Below, piece by piece: positions 56,716 to 64,000 of a DNA stretch of 64,000 bases (the stretch's first letter is position 1; each line of letters starts with the position of its first letter). The stretch lies in NCBI RefSeq assembly GCF_009914755.1, contig NC_060931.1. One strand, written 5' to 3'. The stretch is from the human T2T-CHM13v2.0 reference genome, Homo sapiens. The position numbers were made by a program, and so were the translations under genes. Under the pieces are notes generated by a model. That model had not been told where the DNA came from and did not search any database. It saw only the letters and a program-made list of their open reading frames with translations.

Positions 56716-59700
56716 AGGGGCAGGGCTAAAAAGACCAACTAGAAACAGCAGCTATCAGAGGCTTCCATCATAAAGAACCGTAATTAGCATGTGAATCCTT
56801 CACCAGCAACCAAGGTATCCAGGTCTTCTCATCAGAACTGACTAGGCGGCTGACATGATCCACAGCAAGGAAGGAAAAGCAGTGTGGTGCAACGGCCCAA
56901 CTGAGAGCTGCACAGGACAGGGGAGCCCCCACCTGCCAGCCAAGGGAGACAGTGAGTGAGCATGCTACCCAACTGGGGAAAACGTCCTTTTTCCATGGAA
57001 TTGTGCAACCCATGAATCAGAAGATCCCACTTGTGAACCCACGCCACCAGGGCCTAGGGTCCCAACCCAGGAGCCACGCAGATTCTCAACAGCCTCTCAA
57101 CTGGAATCTGCCTAAGTCTGCTGAGCTCCCAGGGGAAGAGGTGACCAGCACCACAGCTGTGGCTACCTACTGCCTAAGCCATTTGAGCTCCTGTGGGAGG
57201 GGCAGCAGCCAGCACTGGGACTCATAACTGCCTAACATGCTAAGCTCCCTAGGTGGGGGAAGAGTGGCATCCATCTCTATAGTTCCAGGCCATGCTTTTC
57301 CCATGCTGGAGCCAGAGATGCTGGATGGCTTGGTCCCCAAGAGATGTCCTCCACAGCCCAGCACACTGGCTGTTGCAGACTGTGGCCAGAGCACCTCTTC
57401 AGGCCTGACCCTGACACATCCCTCCTCACTGGGTGGGGCTTCCCTGCAGGAACTCCAATAACTCCAACCAGAGGCTCAGGGACAGAACCCAAATCTCCAT
57501 GGGCCTGAGCCCCTAGGGGAGGGGTGGCCGCAGTCTCTGCGGACCAGCAGACTTAACCTTTCTTTCTGTAGTTCTGAGGAATCCGGGCAGCCCAGATGAG
57601 TGGATTTCCCCTCAGTGAAGCACACCCTCTCCACCAAGAGACAATCGAAGTGCTTCATTAAACAGGTTCTGTTCCCTGTACCACCCAACTGGGTGAGACC
57701 CTCCAACAGGGGTTGTCAGATACCTTATACAGAAGCAATCCTACTGGCATCAGATTGGTGCCCCTCGAGGTCAGAGATCCTAGAAGAAGGAGCAAGCACC
57801 CATCTTTGCTGTTCTCCAGTCTTCTTGAGTGACAGCTCAGGTGCAGGAGCAAACCAGATGAATAGGGCCTCAAGTGAATCCCTAGCAAACCACAGCAGCC
57901 CTACAGAAAGGGGACCAGACCATTGAAAGAAAAACAAACAGAAAGCAACAACAGCATCATCAACAACAAAATGTCCCCACAAAAGCCCATCCAAGGGTCA
58001 GCAGCCTCAAATATCGGAACTAGACAAACTCATGAAGATGAGAAAGAATCAACAAAAAAACACCTGAAAACCCAAAAGGCCAGAGTACCTCTTCTCCTCC
58101 AAATGATTGCAATGCCTCTCCAGCAAGGGCAAAGAACTGGACAGAGGATGAGATGGATGAATTGACAGAAGTAGGCTTCAGAAGATGGGTAATAAAAAAC
58201 TCCACTGAGCTAAAGGAGCATGTTCTAACCCAATTCAAAGAAACTAAGAAACTTGATAAAAGGTTAGAGGAGCTTCTAACTAGAAGAACCAGTTTAGAGA
58301 GGAACAGAAATGAACTGATAGAGCTGAAAAACATAGCACGAGAACTTCGTGAAGCATACACAAATATCAATAGCCGAATCTACCAAGCAGAAGAAAGGAT
58401 GTCAGAGTTTGAAGACCACCCTACTGAAATAAGACATGCAGACAAGATTAGAGAAAAAAGAATGAAAAGGAATGAACAAAGACCCCAATATGGGACTTCA
58501 TAAAAAGACTGAACCTACAATTGATTGGAGTACCAGAAGGAGACAGGGAGAATGGAAATGAGCTGGAAAACACATTTCAGGATATTATCCGGAGAACTTT
58601 CCCACCCTAGCAAGACAGGCCAACATGCAAATTGAGGAAATACAGAGAACACCACTAAGATATTCCATGAGAAGATCAACCCCAAGACACACAATCTTCA
58701 GATTCTCCAAAGTTGAAATGAGAAAAAAATGTTAAAGGCAGCCAGAGAGAAAAGCCAGATCACCTGCAAAGGGAAGCCCATCGGACTAACAGCAGACCTC
58801 TCAGCAGAAAACTACAAGCCAGAAGAGACTGGGGGCAAATGTTCAACATTCTTAAAGAAAATAATTTTTAACCCAGAATTTCATATCCAGCCAAACTAAG
58901 TTTCATATGCAAAGGAGAAATAAAATCCTTTCCAGACAAGCAAATGCTGAGGGATTTTCTTACCACCAGGCCTGCCTTGCAAGAGCTCCTGAAAGAAGCA
59001 CTAAATATGGAAAGGAAAAACTGGTACCAGCCACTGCAAAGACACACCAAAATATAAAGACCAATGACACTATGAAGAAACTGCATCAACTAGTGAGCAA
59101 AATAACCTGATAGCAACATGATGATAGGATCAAATTCACACATAACAATACTAACCTTAAATGTAAATGGGCTAAATGCCCCAATTAAAAGGCACAGACT
59201 AGCACATTGGATAAGGAGTCAAGACCCATTTGTGGGCTGTATTCAGGAGACCCATCTCATATGCAAAGACACACATAGGCTCAAAATAAAGGGATGGAGG
59301 AAAATGTACCAAGCAAATGGAAAGCAAAAAAAAAAAAAAAAAAACAAGAAAGAAAAAAAGAAAAAGAAAAAGCAGGAGTTGCAGCCCTAGTCTCTAACAA
59401 AAGAGACTTTAAACCAACAAAGATTGAAAAAGACAAAGAAACACATTACATAATGGTAAAGGGATCAATGCAACAAGAAGAGCTATTTTAAATATACATG
59501 CACCCAATACAGGAGCACCCAGATTCATAAAACAAGCTCTTTGAAACCTACGAACAGACTTAGACTCACACACAACAGTAGCGGGAGACTTTAACACCTC
59601 ACTGTCAATATTAGACAGATCAATGAGACAGAAAATTAACAAGGATATTCAGGGCTTGAACTCAGCTCTGGATCAAGTGGACCTAATAGACATCTATAGA

Positions 59701-62700
59701 ACTCTCCACCCCAAATCAACAGAATATACATTCTTCTCAGTGCCACATGGCACTTATTCTAAAAGCGACCACATAATTGGAAGTAAAACACTCCTCAGCA
59801 AATGCATAACAAACAGTCTCTCCAACCACAGTGCAATCAAACTAGAACTCAGGATTAAGAAACTTACTCAAAACCACACAATTTCATGGAAATTGAACAG
59901 CTTGGTCTTGAATGACTCCTGGGTAAATAATGAAATTAAGGGAGAAATCAAGAAGTTATTTGAAACCAATGAGGACAAAGAGAAAACATACCAGATTCTC
60001 TGGGACACAGCTAAAGCAGTGTTAAGAGGGAAATTTATAGCACTAAATGGCTACATCAGAAAGCTAGAAAGATCTCAAATCAACACCCTAACATCACAAT
60101 TAAAAGAGTTAGAGAGGCAAGAGCAAACTAATCCAAATGCTAACAGAAGACAAGAAATAACTAAGATCAGAGCAGAATTGAAGGAGATAGAAACACAAAA
60201 AACTCTCCAAAAAAATATATGAATCCAGGAGCTGTTTTTTTGAAAAAATTAACAAAATAGATAGACCACTAGCTACTATAAACACCTCTATGCAAATAAA
60301 CTAGAACATCTAGAAAAAATGGATAAATTCCTGGATGCATACACCCTCCCAAGACTAAACCAGGAAAAAGTTGAATCCCTGAATAGACCAATAACAAGTT
60401 CTGAAATTGGGGCAGTAATTAATAGACTATCAACCAAAAAAAAAAAAAAAAGCCCAGGACCAGATGGATTCACAGCTGAATTCTACCAGAGGTACAAAGA
60501 GGAGCTAGTACCATTTCTTCTGAAACTATTCCAAACAATTGAAAAGGAGGGACTCCTCCCTAACTCATTTTATGAAGCCAGCGTCATTCTGTACCAAAAC
60601 CAGACAGAGACACAACAAAAAAAAGAGAACTTCAGGCCAGTTAACCTGATGAACATCAATGTGAAAATCCTCAATAAAATACTGGCAAACCAAATCCAGC
60701 AGCACATCCAGAAACTTATCCACCATGATCAAGTTGGCTTCATCCCTGAGATGCAAAGCTGGTTCAATGTATGCAAATCAATAAACATAATCCATCACAT
60801 AAACAAAACCAAAGACAAAAACCACATTATTACCTCAATGGATGCAGAAAAGGCTTTTGAAAAAATTCCTTGCAAAGGGCCGGATAGTAAACATTTTAGG
60901 ATATCTGAAGCATGCAATCTCCATCAACCCCTCCTTTCTGCTGTTGGAGTGCAAAAGCAGCCATAGGTGATATGTGTGAGCCTCCATGTTAAAAACTCCC
61001 AATAAACTAGGTATTTATGAACTATCTCAAAATAGTAAGAGCTATTTTTGACAAACCCACAGCCAATATCATATTGAATGGGCAAAAGCTGGAAACATTC
61101 CCTTTGAAAACTAATACAAGACAAGGATGTCCTCTCTCACCACTCCTATTCAACATAGTATTCAAAGTTCTGGCCAGGGCAATCAGGCAAGAGAAAGAAA
61201 TAAATGGTATTCAAATAGGAGGAGAGAAAGTCAAATTGTCTCTCTTTGCAGAGACATGATTCTCTAGAAAACTGCATCATCTCAGCCCCAAAACTCCTTA
61301 AGCTGATAAGCAACTTCAGCAAAGTCTCAGGATACAAAATCAATGTGCAAAAATTACAAGTATTCCTTTACACCAACAATACACAAGCAGAGAGTCAAAT
61401 CATGAATGAACTCCCATTCACAACTGCTACAAAGAGAATAAAGTACCTAGGAATACAGCTAGCAAGGGACGTGAAAGACCTCTTCAAGGAGAAGTAGACA
61501 CAAACAAATGGAAAATATTCCATCCTCATGGATAGGAAGAATCAATATTATGAAAATGGCCTTATTGCCCAGAGTAATTTATAGATTCAATGTTATTCCC
61601 ATCAAACTACCATTGACATTCTTCACAGAATTAGAAAAAAACTAATTTAAATTTCATATGAAATCCAAGAAGACCCCATATAGTCAAGACAATCCTAAGC
61701 AAAGCTGGAGGCATCATGCTACCTGACTTTGAACTATGCTACAAGACTACAGTAACCAAAACAACATGGTACTGGTACCAAAATAGACATATAGACCAAT
61801 GGAACAGAACAGAGACGTCAGAAATAACAACATACATCTAAAACCATATGATCTTCAACAAACCTGACAAAAATAAGCAATGGGGAAAGGATCTCCTATT
61901 CAATAAATGGTACTGGGAAAACTGGCTAGCCATATATAGAAAACTGAGACTGGACCCCTTCCTTACACCTTATACAAAAATTAACTCAAGATTGATTAAA
62001 GGCGTAAATGTAAAACCCCAAACCATAAAAACCCTAGAAGGAAACCTAGGCAATACCATTCAGGACATAGGCATGGGCAAAGACTTCATGACAAAAATGC
62101 CAAAAGCAATTGCAACAAAAGCCAAGATTGACGAATAGGTTCTAATTAAGCTAAAGAGCTTCTGCACTGCAAAAGAAACTATCATTAGAGTGAAGAGGCA
62201 GCATACAGAATGGGAGGAAATTTTGCAATCTACCCATCTGACAAAGGTTTAGTGTCCAGAATTTACAAGGAACTTAAACAAATTTATGAACAACAGCAAG
62301 CAACCCCAACAAAAAGTGGGCAAAGGGTCTGAGCAGACACTTCTCAAAAGAAGACATTTATGCAGCCAACAAACATATGAAAAAAAGGTCAACATTACTG
62401 ATCATTAGAGAAAAGTAAATCAAAACCACAATGACTTACCATCTCACACCAGTCAGAATGGCAATTGTTAAAAAGTCAGGAAAAAACAGATGCTGGAGAG
62501 GATGTGGAAAAATAGGAATGCTTTTACACTGTTGGTGGAAGTGTAAATTAGTTCAACCATTGTGGAAGACAGTGTGGCAATTTCTCAAGGATCTGGAACA
62601 AGAAATACCATTTGACCCAGCAATCTCATTACTGGGTATATACCCAAGGGATTATAAATCATTCTACTATAAAGATACATGCGCACATATGTTTATTGCA

Positions 62701-63133
62701 GCACTGCTCACAATAGCAAAGACTTGGAACTAACCCAAATGCCCATCAGTGATAGACTGAATAAAGAAAACGTGGCACATATACACCATGGAATACTATG
62801 CAGCCATAAAAAATGATGAGCTCATGTCCTTTGCAGGGATATGGATAAAGCTGGAAACCATCATTCTCAGCAAACTAACACAGTAACAAAAAACCACATG
62901 TTCTCACTCATAAATGAGAGTTGAACAATGAGAACACATGGACACAGGGAGGGGGACATCACGCACTGGGGCCTGTTAGGGAGTGGGGGCTAGGGGAGGG
63001 ACAGCATTAGGAGAAATACCTAATGTAGATGACGGGTTGATGGGTGCAGCAAACCACCATGGTATTTGTATACCTATGTAACAAACCTGCACGTTCTGCA
63101 CGTGTATCCCAGAACTTAAGTATAATTTAAAAA
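56716..63133 (+). mobile_element. Near full-length L1PA7/L1PA8 LINE-1, inactive
   Basis: L1P3-type 5'UTR; ORF1 from about 58038 (MDELTEVGFRRWVIKNSTELKEHV); ORF2 from 59118 ([63 protein letters not shown]); 3'UTR GTAGATGACGGGTTGATGGG; many stops, frameshifts and short deletions. Confidence 0.95.
60870..60981 (+). other. 112-bp non-L1 insert in L1 ORF2: copy of the MER58A segment at 54115-54226
   Basis: Ungapped alignment to 54115-54226, 102/112 identical by manual comparison, last 46 bp identical. Confidence 0.93.
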
Positions 63134-63134
63134 A

Positions 63135-63340
63135 TAACTAACATGTATAGAGTGGTTCCTGTGTACTCCAAAATGGTACCAGCTGTTATGCCTAATATTT
63201 TCATCTAATATTTACAAAAAGCTTTTCAAGCAAGTATCATTATAATTTCCCTATTCCAGATGAGGAAAGGAGGTGCCAAGAAAAGCTTTGCCTAAAGTCC
63301 CAGAGTTAAATGGTAGAGCCGGGATTCTCCCTGGGTCTGG
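63135..63340 (-). mobile_element. MIR
   Basis: ATAACTAACATGTATAGAGTG...CCCTATTCCAGATGAGGAAAGGAGG...GGTAGAGCCGGGATT. Confidence 0.65.
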
Positions 63341-64000
63341 AGCACAGTCCCTCCCTGTCCTGACCCTGCCAATGTAAAATGTAGAGGAGGCCTCACAGAG
63401 CTCCACGTGTTCCTTGTAAAACTTTTCTTTCCTGGGCAAGACACAGCCTTCTCCCCAAGTGCTTCTGACACATCCTGCAAAGCATCTCCAATTAGAATTT
63501 ATTACCCACTTCCTTGCTCAGAGAGATGAGGGGGAATCATTTACCAGTCTTCAGAGCCATGCTATCCACACTATCCACAGGTCACCAGGGATTTGACTCT
63601 ATATTTGCCTCCATGTAACACTAATCTGACTGGTTCCCAAGCTGTCACCAAAATGTGAGCCCACAGAACTCAGAGTAAAGCAATAGCATCTCCACGTGCT
63701 CAGACCAACAGCACCTCCACATGCTCAGCAGCTTCCCTCAGGGTTCCCTTCATAGCTCTCCACTGTGAGTGTTGAAGGGTGTCAGTCTGCTTTGTTCACT
63801 CAGTATGCTTGTTGAGTGAATGAAAAAGTCTTCTTGCTCTAATTAAAACAGAAATACCCCCTTGAGGATGCTCTAGATTCTCTCACACTGGTAGCTGCAT
63901 TTTCCTCCTCAATGCCCCCTCAGCACAGGGCCTCAACTGGACAGTGGTGCCTCCTTGCTCTTTTCCTTCTCCTCTCAAATATCCTGTTCTCAGTAGGACA

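Noticed and set aside
58038-62930. Active LINE-1 ORF1/ORF2
   Set aside because: Both ORFs are broken by stops, frameshifts, an A-tract expansion near 59325-59371, deletions and the MER58A-derived insert.

Overview
Primate (very probably human) intergenic DNA in which I find no intact protein-coding gene. The only gene-derived feature is a full-length processed pseudogene of PIP5K1A (3419-7785, +; probably PIP5K1P2). It has a complete 5'UTR that is still a CpG island, a disrupted CDS, a 3'UTR, a poly(A) remnant, a TSD and two later Alu insertions in opposite orientation. Most of the rest is layered transposable elements: old L1M pieces, a near full-length L1PA7/8 (56716-63133), a truncated L1PA3-like element, ten Alus plus a FLAM, solo LTRs (LTR1-type, another ERV1 LTR, THE1/MST, MLT1/2, LTR16), DNA transposon relics (MER30, MER58A, MER5A), L2/MIR fragments and a 34-bp minisatellite. 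I see no evidence of a new multi-gene system. The most unusual observations are: (1) a 112-bp piece of an ancient MER58A, apparently copied from 6.75 kb upstream into ORF2 of the much younger L1PA, which itself lacks a TSD; (2) the retrocopy 5' end kept its CpGs while its CDS lost them, making it a candidate orphan promoter in front of a frame-compensated 97-aa ORF; (3) higher-order structure in the minisatellite; (4) an AluY with an uninterrupted T52 run. Repeat subfamily names come from my recall of consensus sequences and need RepeatMasker/Dfam confirmation.
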